Notes under the pieces: generated by a model
Told to the model about the DNA's origin: nothing
Database searches by the model: none
Seen by the model: only the letters and a program-made list of their open reading frames with translations
In this document: positions 18,374 through 27,853 of the stretch, piece after piece
How the letters are laid out: each line of letters opens with the position of its first letter
How positions within the stretch are numbered: position 1 is the first letter of the stretch
Source: a bacterium
GTDB taxonomy: Bacteria; Zhuqueibacterota; Zhuqueibacteria; Residuimicrobiales; Krinioviventaceae
DNA length: 64,000 nt
Direction of reading: 5' to 3'
Assembly (NCBI GenBank): GCA_963675755.2
Contig: CAXXMD010000003.1
Coordinates: forward strand, 32,001-96,000
Program-made: the position numbers and the translations under genes

Positions 18374-19054
18374 TTAAAAAGCATATCCAATAGAAAACTC
18401 GCCTAAAAACGGGCCGCTAAACTCGTAATCTTTTTCAAATTGGTCCATTGCACTTGAAATCCCAGGAGTTGAAGGATCAACATTACGTTCCTGCTTGTAA
18501 AAACCATAACCCAAAGCAAAGTTAATATTAAAGCCATTGTTCCAAACCCATCTTTTCCCCACATTCAAACCCAAAGTAAATTCAGGCATGGTGAAATCAA
18601 AAGCCGTCCCCTCCAATTGCCCCGTGCCGTTAAACTCTCTATAGCGCACATATGTACCAAAATAGAGTGACTTTAACTGTTTGGCCACATGCCAACGATA
18701 ATTTAAAACTACCGCATAACTGCTGGCCTCAATATTGGCATCGGTAAAAGTCCCCGGTACACTTTCATAATCCAAACGTACAACCAACCCATGGGCAGGG
18801 GTAAACAGATGCTCATAGTTGGCAGAAAAATAACCAAATGCCAACGCAAGCGGACACATATTAACAGCATTGGTAAATTGTTCAACAGATGATGTATGAG
18901 AGATTCCACCCGTATCTTCCTGCGCATATAGATTGACAGCAGTAAAAAGCCCCACAAGCAGCATGGTCAAAGCAATATGATAGATACGATTTATTTTTAC
19001 AAAAAAATATTGAATTGCAAGAGCCAGAGTACTATTAGATTTTCGAGTGTTCAT
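18374..19054 (-). CDS. Outer-membrane beta-barrel protein (DUF3575-like); true start may be later
   Basis: Signal-like segment ending NLYAQ, amphipathic strands, C-terminal SIGYAF typical of BAM substrates. Confidence 0.7.
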   Translation of the reverse strand: MNTRKSNSTLALAIQYFFVKINRIYHIALTMLLVGLFTAVNLYAQEDTGGISHTSSVEQFTNAVNMCPLALAFGYFSANYEHLFTPAHGLVVRLDYESVPGTFTDANIEASSYAVVLNYRWHVAKQLKSLYFGTYVRYREFNGTGQLEGTAFDFTMPEFTLGLNVGKRWVWNNGFNINFALGYGFYKQERNVDPSTPGISSAMDQFEKDYEFSGPFLGEFSIGYAF

Positions 19055-19272
19055 AAATTAATCCTATATTTTTTTAACAGTTGTTAACCTTGAGTAACAA
19101 TCTTTACAATTTTGAATTTAATTACAATTATCCCAAGGGCAGATTCAACATCTCCAGGTTGTAATTAATTCCCCAAAGTATTGAAAATCAGATTTCTATA
19201 TACAGCATTGCAAAAATTTCATTTATCCACATAGCGAATCATCAAAAATTATCCAATCCTCACAAAAAGCCC

Positions 19273-19303
19273 TTGACCTGACTATAACTTTATAGCTTAT
19301 ATT
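19273..19303 (+). promoter_or_regulatory. MerR-type promoter/operator
   Basis: TTGACC, 19-bp spacer, TATATT, with the dyad CTATAA-ct-TTATAG (19282-19295) inside the spacer; upstream of MFS + merR-family genes. Confidence 0.85.
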
Positions 19304-19331
19304 AGAGTGATAAAAAAAATGAGGAAAATTA

Positions 19332-20600
19332 ATGAAAAATCTGTTAAATCGAAATTTTGTACTCTTGTGGCAGGGTCAGCTTGTCAGCAAGACAGGAACC
19401 TTTTTATTTGAAATTGCACTGGTATTATGGATCAAAGAGCATACAAACAGCGCGGGCCTGATGTCATTAATACTCATTGCCAGTACCATACCTGCAATTT
19501 TATTGGCACCAATCGGAGGGACGTTTAGTGATATTTACTCGCGTAAAAAAATAATTGTTCTTTCAGACGTTATCAGCGGACTTTTGATCATAGCAACAAC
19601 CCTGATTCTGTCAATGAACAGTTTATCTATTATTATTAAACTGGCAGCATTGTTCATATTGTCCTTATCCCTGGGCATATGCACTGCTTTTTTTCAACCC
19701 GCTGTATCTGCTGTTATACCTCAACTGTCTCCAAAGGAAAAACTAAACGCGGCAAATTCTTTATTTCAGGCAACGTCTCAATTGTCAATGATTATTGGTC
19801 AGGGTATTGGTGGATTGCTCTTTGTAAAACTGGGTGCAATATTATTATTCTTTGTGAATGGTGCCAGTTTCATCTTTTCAGGATTTTCAGAAATGTTTAT
19901 AAAAATTCCCCAAATCACTCCCCCATCTAAAACGACACGGGAAAAAAAGTATAAACAATTTATCTCAAATATGAAAAGCGGATTTGAATATTGCCGTTCA
20001 CAGCAGGGCTTGTTGTATCTGCTTACAATTATTGGTATCTATCATTTTTTTCTCGCTCCCCTGCCGGTATTGTTGCCTTTTTGGATTTCTGACACACTGG
20101 GTTTGAGTCAGGAGTGGTTGGGATATTTAATGGCATGCTTTGCCATTGGAATCCTGGCAGGATTCACTCTTGCAGGTGTATTGGACTTTTCAACTCTACC
20201 AATAACCCGGTTTATCTCTCTATTATTTTTGTCTTCATCCGTTTTGTTTATTATATTGGGAATATCAGGTTCTTTTTTATTCAGTGCAATTTGTCTAGCC
20301 AGTTTAGGGACAATTATCGGCATTGTTGTTGTTGTTCATATAACATTTTTACAAAAAAAGGCGCAACCCGAGTATCACGGACGGGTTTTTGGCATTTTGA
20401 ATACAATTACAAATGCATCAGTACCTGTAGGTTTGGGTCTCTATGGATTATTGCTGGATGTATTAATCAATTCACCATTAAAAGTAGATCCGGTAAGGCT
20501 CATATTTATATCAAACGGAATAGCAATTTTTATAATTATTTTAGTAATGCTGATAAAAGTAAATTTGAATTTTGTTTTTGCAACGGCTACCCAGGAGTAA
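19332..20600 (+). CDS. MFS transporter (DHA3/macrolide-efflux-like)
   Basis: NRNFVLLWQGQLVS..G, motif A GGTFSDIYSRKKI, about 12 TM segments, GRVFG. Confidence 0.9.
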   Translation: MKNLLNRNFVLLWQGQLVSKTGTFLFEIALVLWIKEHTNSAGLMSLILIASTIPAILLAPIGGTFSDIYSRKKIIVLSDVISGLLIIATTLILSMNSLSIIIKLAALFILSLSLGICTAFFQPAVSAVIPQLSPKEKLNAANSLFQATSQLSMIIGQGIGGLLFVKLGAILLFFVNGASFIFSGFSEMFIKIPQITPPSKTTREKKYKQFISNMKSGFEYCRSQQGLLYLLTIIGIYHFFLAPLPVLLPFWISDTLGLSQEWLGYLMACFAIGILAGFTLAGVLDFSTLPITRFISLLFLSSSVLFIILGISGSFLFSAICLASLGTIIGIVVVVHITFLQKKAQPEYHGRVFGILNTITNASVPVGLGLYGLLLDVLINSPLKVDPVRLIFISNGIAIFIIILVMLIKVNLNFVFATATQE

Positions 20601-20606
20601 TGTAAT

Positions 20607-21140
20607 ATGGCAGATTATACCATAAGCAAACTCGCTAAAGAATTCGGTCTTTCCCGAACGACATTGATTTATTATGATTCAATTGGACTTTTAAAGCCCG
20701 CCCGGTCAGAAAAAAAGTATAGAATCTATTCCGAATCAGACAAAAAACGCCTGCAGCATATATGCACTTATCGGGATATGGGTCTGCCCTTGAAAGAAAT
20801 TCAAACCCTGTTATCAGAAAGCGAAACACAATTCATTAACATACTTGAAAACCACTTGTCAACGCTGTCCGATAAAATCAGGCAATTGAGAAAACAGCAG
20901 CATTCCATCGTAAAATTGTTACAGGACAAATCGTTGTTGGAACACACTGGCGTAATGGACAAGGAATCCTGGGTGTCGATTCTGAGAGCATCCGGGATGA
21001 ACGACAAAGATATGGACAACTGGCACAAAGCGTTTGAATTGCAGTCACCTCAGGCCCATCAAGAATTCCTCATTTCACTGGGATTGGGAAAAACCGAGAT
21101 AGAGCGCATTCGTCGTGACGCACGCAATGAACTGGAATGA
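20607..21140 (+). CDS. MerR family transcriptional regulator
   Basis: YTISKLAKEFGLSRTTLIYYDSIGLLKP..S..YRIYS HTH followed by a coiled coil. Confidence 0.93.
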   Translation: MADYTISKLAKEFGLSRTTLIYYDSIGLLKPARSEKKYRIYSESDKKRLQHICTYRDMGLPLKEIQTLLSESETQFINILENHLSTLSDKIRQLRKQQHSIVKLLQDKSLLEHTGVMDKESWVSILRASGMNDKDMDNWHKAFELQSPQAHQEFLISLGLGKTEIERIRRDARNELE

Positions 21141-21285
21141 AACCGAATAATAAACCAGCACCCTTTCATTTCAACCATTGCCCCTGCAATTCTTTACACA
21201 AACCTGAGATCCTGTTTGCATTTAAAATAAATTCAGACTATCTTTCACTTCAAACTGAATATCGCTCCCAACAGCAGGACTCGTA

Positions 21286-21699
21286 ATGAAATACTATCGC
21301 AATCTCTTTCTTATCTACTTTGTTGCGCATTATGCAAACGAAATGATTTTTGAATACTTTCCCAATATAGAATCCTGGGACTCTCATTCACCTTTTTATC
21401 TGGTAATGTTACCGATCATTATGTCTGTTATCTTTTCAATTTTTTACTTTATTAAAAAATTCTCTTTTAAAAAATATCTATTGGGACTGTTATGGTCCAT
21501 TTTGGGATTATTCGCGGCAAATATTATTGCATTCTTTCAATTATATATTTTCACAAAAGATAAGAGTTATTACTTTGGAGAACAAATCCCGTGGATAATT
21601 TTGTTCTTTATTATCGAGTGCCTATCCACCCTTTTCTTCACATCAATATTGTTTCCACCATTCTATTGGCTTGCTAAAAAAATCAAAAATAAATTTTAG
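21286..21699 (+). CDS. Hypothetical membrane protein (about 4 TM)
   Basis: Hydrophobic 137-aa ORF with AGGA RBS. Confidence 0.6.
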   Translation: MKYYRNLFLIYFVAHYANEMIFEYFPNIESWDSHSPFYLVMLPIIMSVIFSIFYFIKKFSFKKYLLGLLWSILGLFAANIIAFFQLYIFTKDKSYYFGEQIPWIILFFIIECLSTLFFTSILFPPFYWLAKKIKNKF

Positions 21700-21851
21700 T
21701 ATTTCCCGCAAGGTGTGCGTCAGCTTTGTATCATTTACGGATCATCCCTTGCACAATCCAACGAAAAATACCTGCCTGCTAAAAAAACAGTAACCATTGA
21801 TCAATAATATTTGTATTTTCCGTAAACACTATTAATTCCGGATACAATTTT

Positions 21852-23423
21852 ATGAATATACTGTACGTCCCCATGTTGATATCGGGTATTCTGTGCACCT
21901 TGTTATCAATTATTACCTGGTTGTTTCGCCACCGAGAAAAAATCAACCGCGTATTCTCATTTTTCACCCTTACCCTGGCAATTGACAGCTTTGCATTTTT
22001 TGCATGGTTCCAGTACGGACATGTTGAGCAAATCAAAAGCTGGATGCGTTTCACATTCACAGCTGGCTTTCTCGTCCCCATTGCCCTGGTGATATTTTTC
22101 TATGCGTTTACCGGTTATGACAAAAGACCAAACGATACTGTTCTCAAGATCAAAACCGGACTCTTTAAGAAAATTGCCATAGGTTTTATCATTCTGAATA
22201 TGGTGCTTTCACAATTAACAGAACTTGTCATTAAAATATCAGACAATCCCCAACACATTTGGGATGTAGAATTTGGCAAAGTAGGAGAATCTCTTTTTAC
22301 ACTATTTGGGTTTATCTTTATCTACTTGTTTGCCATGGCAGTTAAAAGCTTTAAAACAGCAAAGGAAAAATCACAAAAACGCTTCATCATGTTTATTTCA
22401 GCAGGTACTTTGGTATGGCTGCTGTTTGGGTATATAGGAGCAGCGATTTTCCCTGCTGAAAATGTAATGTGGCAGGGAACAAACTATCTCGGCACAGCGC
22501 TCATGGCTGTATTCTTTTTTGTGGCAATCCTGAACCACCAGATTGAAAAGGTACATGAATTAAACATCGGGCTGGAACACAAAGTTGAGGAACGTACACG
22601 TGAGCTGCAGGACAAAAACCAGGTCCTCAACGACACTCTTTTCAAATTGCAGCAGATGCAGAAACAGGTCATCGTACAGGAAAAAATGGCCTCACTGGGT
22701 CAACTGGTTGCAGGTCTCACACATGAGCTGAACACGCCCATCAGCGCCATCCGCAGTATGAACGATACAAAAGCCAAAGCTGCCGCAAAACTAGAGAGTC
22801 AGTTACAATCCCTTGTTGATGTTGAAAACAATCCCGAGATCAACAAAATGATCCAAATTCTTTTAGATGCGGATAATTTGATTACCCAGGGCACCAACCG
22901 GTTAAGCGAGATTGTCAACAATTTGAAAAACTTTGTCAGACTCGACGAATCTGAAATGATGAAAACGGATATCCATGAGGGACTGAACAGTATCTTGGCA
23001 CTCATCAAACACGATATGCTTAATAATATTGAGGTTGTCAAAAATTTTGGTAAAATCCCCGAATTTTACTGTAACCCCCGCAAGCTCAACCAGGTCTTTT
23101 TCAATCTCATCAAAAACGCAAGTCAGGCCATTGATGGAACAGGAACAATCACCATAACAACCACACTTCAGAATAACAATGCTCACGTTGCTATTCAGGA
23201 TACCGGCAAAGGCATTGAACCGGAAAAAATCGATTCTATTTTTGATCCCGGATTTTCAACCAAAGATGCCACTGTCAGAGCAAGTCTGGGTTTGTCCATA
23301 TCCTCACAAATCGTACAGGAACACAAGGGAGAAATCAAAGTCGAGAGTCAACCGGGTAAAGGTTCGGTCTTTACAGTTATTCTGCCTGTTAATCTGGAAT
23401 CGGCAAATAATAAAAACAATTAA
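21852..23423 (+). CDS. Sensor histidine kinase with a 7TM N-terminal region
   Basis: About 7 hydrophobic helices; EKMASLGQLVAGLTHELNTP H-box; NQVFFNLIKNA, DTGKGI, FDPGFSTK, LGLSIS. Confidence 0.9.
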   Translation: MNILYVPMLISGILCTLLSIITWLFRHREKINRVFSFFTLTLAIDSFAFFAWFQYGHVEQIKSWMRFTFTAGFLVPIALVIFFYAFTGYDKRPNDTVLKIKTGLFKKIAIGFIILNMVLSQLTELVIKISDNPQHIWDVEFGKVGESLFTLFGFIFIYLFAMAVKSFKTAKEKSQKRFIMFISAGTLVWLLFGYIGAAIFPAENVMWQGTNYLGTALMAVFFFVAILNHQIEKVHELNIGLEHKVEERTRELQDKNQVLNDTLFKLQQMQKQVIVQEKMASLGQLVAGLTHELNTPISAIRSMNDTKAKAAAKLESQLQSLVDVENNPEINKMIQILLDADNLITQGTNRLSEIVNNLKNFVRLDESEMMKTDIHEGLNSILALIKHDMLNNIEVVKNFGKIPEFYCNPRKLNQVFFNLIKNASQAIDGTGTITITTTLQNNNAHVAIQDTGKGIEPEKIDSIFDPGFSTKDATVRASLGLSISSQIVQEHKGEIKVESQPGKGSVFTVILPVNLESANNKNN

Positions 23424-23789
23424 TCTTAATTGTAATTGCGTAATCTTTATACTTGAATCTTACCTAATAATAGCGCTTGTACGCATTTTGGGGAATCACC
23501 ATATAGACTGACTTTTTCTCATTATCAGTTATCATAAGGTGCATGAATTACTCTGCTGTAATAATCTACACAATACCAAAAAAAGATCAAATTCTAACAA
23601 ATTCATTACACTAAAGGTGTTATAGATTGCATTATAAACATTCTTTATTAAAAAAGGTACAGACTCATCATTATCAAATCACAAAAAAATTCAAGAGGGT
23701 ATATTTTTAGAGCAGCATTCAAGTTACATGCCGGCAGGTATTCTAACCATTTAAAAGAACTGCAAGAGTATGATGTTAATCCTGCAAAA

Positions 23790-24983
23790 ATGGAGTCAAG
23801 AACAGCTAAAAAATTATCAACCTTTCTAGAGCATGCTGTAAAAACCACGCCTTTTTACAAGCCTTTTGGATTCAAAACAGAGTTGGACCATTTCCCTGTT
23901 TTGACAAAATCGATCCTGAAAGTACATTATAACAATTTTATCTCAAATGCATTTAACCCGGACCAGCTAAAAAAAACAAGTACCAGCGGATCCACGGGTA
24001 CACCCTTTGTATTTTATATTACACCGAACAAATTATGGCGGCGAACCGCAGAAATGCTGTTTTACAATCAAATTGCCGGGTACCTGCCGGGTATGCCTTT
24101 TGCTCAGGTTCGTACTGATAAATTCAGCAGTTTTTATAAATACGTCCACAATGCGGTTATTCTTGATCCGTCATTCATTGACCAGCAATGGTTAAAAGAA
24201 AAAAGAGACCTCCTTAGCACCCAAAGGACCGAATTCCTTGTCGGTTGGCCCAGCGTTCTGTCTCAAATTGCATCTTATTGTCAATCCAAAGGCGACAATC
24301 AAGAAACCTTTCATCTTAAAGGTATTGTTACCAGTGCTGAACCGTTAACCAGACAACTCAGAGATCAGATATCATCTGTCTTGTGCAGAAATCTATATGA
24401 TAGATATGCTACCCAGGAACTCGGTGTGGTAGCACATGAGTGCAAAATCTGCAACAGTTATCATTTGAATACCGCTTCACATTATTTCGAGTTCCTGAAA
24501 CTAGACAGTAATGAACCAGCAGACCTCAATGAATCTGCCAGATTGATCGTTACCGATTTATACTCTCATGCAATGCCGCTCATACGATACGAGATTGGTG
24601 ATATTGTTATACGTAACATCCAGACAGATAAATGCCCAGGTGCATTGAAAGTAAAAAGCATCCAGGGGCGCGTAAATGATGTAATTTATAACCCCAATGG
24701 CACAATTGTCAATTGGGCTGTTATAGAAGATATATTAAAAACAGCAGACAATTTCATCAGCGATGTGAGTCAATACCAGTTTGTACAGGAATCAATAGAT
24801 CAATACAGTTTAAAGCTTATCAGTAAAAACCACCGATCATCAAAAACAGATCTGAAAAACAAGCTGGTGCAACTGTTAGGTCTACAAGCCAAAGCCAGTA
24901 TAGAGTTTGTTCAAACAATCCCCAAACTTCCTTCAGGAAAATGCCCGGTAGTATTAAACCAGATGACACGTAATAAGGTATAA
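23790..24983 (+). CDS. Phenylacetate-CoA ligase family / CapK-like adenylate-forming enzyme
   Basis: TSTSGSTGTP loop, YATQELG, VTDL...AMPLIRYEIGD, GRVND, PSGK; the reading frame is open further upstream (see findings). Confidence 0.85.
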   Translation: MESRTAKKLSTFLEHAVKTTPFYKPFGFKTELDHFPVLTKSILKVHYNNFISNAFNPDQLKKTSTSGSTGTPFVFYITPNKLWRRTAEMLFYNQIAGYLPGMPFAQVRTDKFSSFYKYVHNAVILDPSFIDQQWLKEKRDLLSTQRTEFLVGWPSVLSQIASYCQSKGDNQETFHLKGIVTSAEPLTRQLRDQISSVLCRNLYDRYATQELGVVAHECKICNSYHLNTASHYFEFLKLDSNEPADLNESARLIVTDLYSHAMPLIRYEIGDIVIRNIQTDKCPGALKVKSIQGRVNDVIYNPNGTIVNWAVIEDILKTADNFISDVSQYQFVQESIDQYSLKLISKNHRSSKTDLKNKLVQLLGLQAKASIEFVQTIPKLPSGKCPVVLNQMTRNKV

Positions 24984-25157
24984 TCTATACATCAATATAT
25001 CCCCTGTCTTCCCCTATAACCCGACACCCTGCAACAAGGCGAGAAAAAACATATTGCTTTTGTGAATGTATCTGTTAATATTGTTAACTGTAACTATGCT
25101 TACTTTCCATGACATATTACAATCCACACAATATTCAATACAACCTCAGGAGTAAAA

Positions 25158-25973
25158 ATGAAAACCCGATTACTGCCAAATCAAATTTTCAAGATCTTAT
25201 TTCCCCTCACAATTCTGGGTCTGCTGATGTCTATATTTATCGGTTGTGCATCCCAGGAACCGGTTTCGCAAAATGATTATTACCAGATCAAAGTCTACCA
25301 ATTGAGCAGCCAATCTCAAATGGACCAGGTAGAAAGCTATCTAAAAAACGCCTATATACCGGCATTGCACCGCGCAGGTATAGCAAAAGTAGGGGTATTT
25401 AAACCCAGAGAGTTGGAATCCGAAACCAGCATGCAAGTTTGGGTATGGGTGCCTTTTAGTTCTTTTGAACAGTTTGAAGGAATGGAACAGGTACTGGCAA
25501 ATGATTCCCAGTATCAATCAGACGGTGCAGATTACATCAATGCGGCTTATGACAATCCGCCATATGACCGTATCGAAAGTACATTCTTGAAAGCATTTGC
25601 GGGAATGCCGCACTATGGCAGTTTTAGCTATGACAATCCGGTTCAGGACAGAGTCTATGAACTTCGTAGTTATGAATCTGCTACCGAAAAAGCCCACATG
25701 CTAAAAGTAGACATGTTTAACAGTGGTGAAATTGATATCTTTAACAATATCGGTGCCAATCCCCTCTTTTTCGCCAAAGTCCTTTCAGGTGCTACCATGC
25801 CTAATCTGATGTACATGACAACCTATGCCGACACACTGGTTCGTAAAAACACCTGGAGCACCTTTAGTAACCACCCGGATTGGAAAGCCATGAAACAAAT
25901 AGATAAATATAAGAATACTGTTTCCAAACACGTTCACAATTATCTTTATCCCACCGAATACTCGGATATTTAA
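25158..25973 (+). CDS. NIPSNAP family protein (two-domain), probable lipoprotein
   Basis: Lipobox-like FIGC; YYQIKVYQL and VYELRSYES domain starts; PNLMYM, W..F..HPDW, LYPT.YSDI. Confidence 0.85.
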   Translation: MKTRLLPNQIFKILFPLTILGLLMSIFIGCASQEPVSQNDYYQIKVYQLSSQSQMDQVESYLKNAYIPALHRAGIAKVGVFKPRELESETSMQVWVWVPFSSFEQFEGMEQVLANDSQYQSDGADYINAAYDNPPYDRIESTFLKAFAGMPHYGSFSYDNPVQDRVYELRSYESATEKAHMLKVDMFNSGEIDIFNNIGANPLFFAKVLSGATMPNLMYMTTYADTLVRKNTWSTFSNHPDWKAMKQIDKYKNTVSKHVHNYLYPTEYSDI

Positions 25974-25982
25974 GAATTTATT

Positions 25983-26016
25983 TCAGGCAGGGGAGAATTC
26001 TTCCCCTGCCTGATTT
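25983..26016 (+). terminator. Probable intrinsic terminator
   Basis: 12-bp stem TCAGGCAGGGGA/TCCCCTGCCTGA right after the stop; short T tail. Confidence 0.7.
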
Positions 26017-26188
26017 CCATTTCATGCCCTAACAATACTCTTATTACTCTAATTTCCAGATCCATTACAAAAAATCATTGCTTTTAAGGGTGTATCTATT
26101 AATTTAATAAATATTCATCACTTGCAATAATTATCACATCATATTAAACAAGGTAACTTGCTTTTCAATTTTAACCTCAGGAGTAACA

Positions 26189-27007
26189 ATGAAAAACAAA
26201 TTGCTATCTAATCGTCTTTTAAAGAATCTCTTTGTCATCGCAATTCTGGGTCTTTTGCTGTCCATGTTTACTGGTTGTACAACAACCCAGGAAACAGCTT
26301 CAGACCGTGATTATTATCAGCTCAAAATTTACCAACTCAGCAGCCAGGATCAAATGGACCAGGTTGATAATTATTTAAAAAACGCTTATATGCCCGCTTT
26401 ACATCGTGCGGGAATCCCTCAAGTAGGCGTATTTAAACCCAGACAACAGGAATCCGAAACCAACATGCAGATCTGGGTTTGGGTGCCATTCAAATCATTA
26501 GATCAGTTCAAAGAACTGGATTCCATTCTTGCCAAAGACGCACAATATCAATCAGATGGCGACGCGTATATCAATGCCGCTCCGGATAAAGCTCCCTATG
26601 ATCGTATAGAAAGCATCCTTTTACTGGCCTTTTCAGCACAACCGCATTTTGGCACATTTTCTTACGACAATCCGGTCAAAGATAGAATTTATGAACTGAG
26701 AAGCTATGAATCTCCTACCGAGAAAAAACATGTCAACAAAGTAGACATGTTTAACAATGGCGAAGTTCAAACATTTAATGCAATTGGTTCCAATCCCCTG
26801 TTTTTCGGACAGGTTATTTCCGGACCTTGCATGCCCAACCTGATGTACATGACCACATACAAAGACAGTGTATCTCATGCTGAACAATGGAATAAATTCA
26901 GAACACATCCCGACTGGCTGGCAATGAAAGACCTGCCCGAGTATGCGGACAATGTTTCAAAAAACACAAAATATTATCTATACCCCACCAAATATTCTGA
27001 CATTTAG
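26189..27007 (+). CDS. NIPSNAP family protein, tandem paralog
   Basis: Colinear with 25158-25973; lipobox-like FTGC. Confidence 0.85.
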   Translation: MKNKLLSNRLLKNLFVIAILGLLLSMFTGCTTTQETASDRDYYQLKIYQLSSQDQMDQVDNYLKNAYMPALHRAGIPQVGVFKPRQQESETNMQIWVWVPFKSLDQFKELDSILAKDAQYQSDGDAYINAAPDKAPYDRIESILLLAFSAQPHFGTFSYDNPVKDRIYELRSYESPTEKKHVNKVDMFNNGEVQTFNAIGSNPLFFGQVISGPCMPNLMYMTTYKDSVSHAEQWNKFRTHPDWLAMKDLPEYADNVSKNTKYYLYPTKYSDI

Positions 27008-27017
27008 ATCCAATATG

Positions 27018-27049
27018 AAACAGGCAGGCATTAATAGTCTGCCTGTTTT
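27018..27049 (+). terminator. Intrinsic terminator
   Basis: AAACAGGCAGGC-loop-GTCTGCCTGTTTT. Confidence 0.75.
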
Positions 27050-27156
27050 AATTAATCACACCTAATAATCTTGCTGCTATTGCAGATGAAACAATAATGC
27101 ACTATATTGTGTTCAATTTTAATTATTATTCATCTATCAAACCACTGGATTTCACT

Positions 27157-27810
27157 GTGAAACGCACATCTTTGATCATAATCATCACCGCAATTATAAC
27201 AATAACCTTGTATTACTGGGGACAGCGAGTTCATGTTTATGTATTTAAACCCCTGACAACAGCACTCATTATCATACTTGCCATGCAGGGTGCATTTAAA
27301 TCCCGTAAAAAGTATGGATATCTCGTAACAATCGGATTGGTTTTTTGCCTTGTCGGCGATGTATTTCTAATGCTTCCCGGTAAAACTTTTATCAAAGGTT
27401 TATTCAGCTTTTTAATTGCTCACTTGTTTTTCATCGCAGCGTTTCTCACAGAAGGATTTTATATTACCTGGTATGTTTTACTAATTTTGGGATTAACCGG
27501 TACAATAATATTCACAATCTTGTTGTCATCACTGAATGGTCTCCTTTGGCCGGTTCTTTTCTATTTATCAGTCATACTTTTTATGGCATGGCAGGCTATT
27601 GAACAACGCGTTCACATTCCTGCAAAAAACAAAACATTTGCAGCTATAGGCTCAATACTCTTTTTAACATCCGATTCTTTTTTGGCTTTTAACAAGTTTC
27701 ACGTATCACTTCCATTATCTCATTTACTGATTCTTTCTACTTATTACGCGGCTATATATTTTTTAGCACTATCTATTCATAATCCGGCTGTCAAAAGTTT
27801 AAATAAATAA
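27157..27810 (+). CDS. yhhN: Lysoplasmalogenase / YhhN family membrane protein (start GTG 27157 or ATG 27097)
   Basis: FKPL, GL.FCLVGDVFLM, GL.SFLIAH, G..LF..SDS.LA.NKF, TYY.A motifs. Confidence 0.85.
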   Translation: MKRTSLIIIITAIITITLYYWGQRVHVYVFKPLTTALIIILAMQGAFKSRKKYGYLVTIGLVFCLVGDVFLMLPGKTFIKGLFSFLIAHLFFIAAFLTEGFYITWYVLLILGLTGTIIFTILLSSLNGLLWPVLFYLSVILFMAWQAIEQRVHIPAKNKTFAAIGSILFLTSDSFLAFNKFHVSLPLSHLLILSTYYAAIYFLALSIHNPAVKSLNK

Positions 27811-27853
27811 AAATAATTCTTTTTTTAATTGAAAATTTAACTAATTTAAATGC

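Noticed and set aside
19118-19168. 10-bp inverted repeat TTAATTACAA...TTGTAATTAA between divergent genes
   Set aside because: AT-rich with a 31-nt gap, so it could arise by chance; no second instance was seen.
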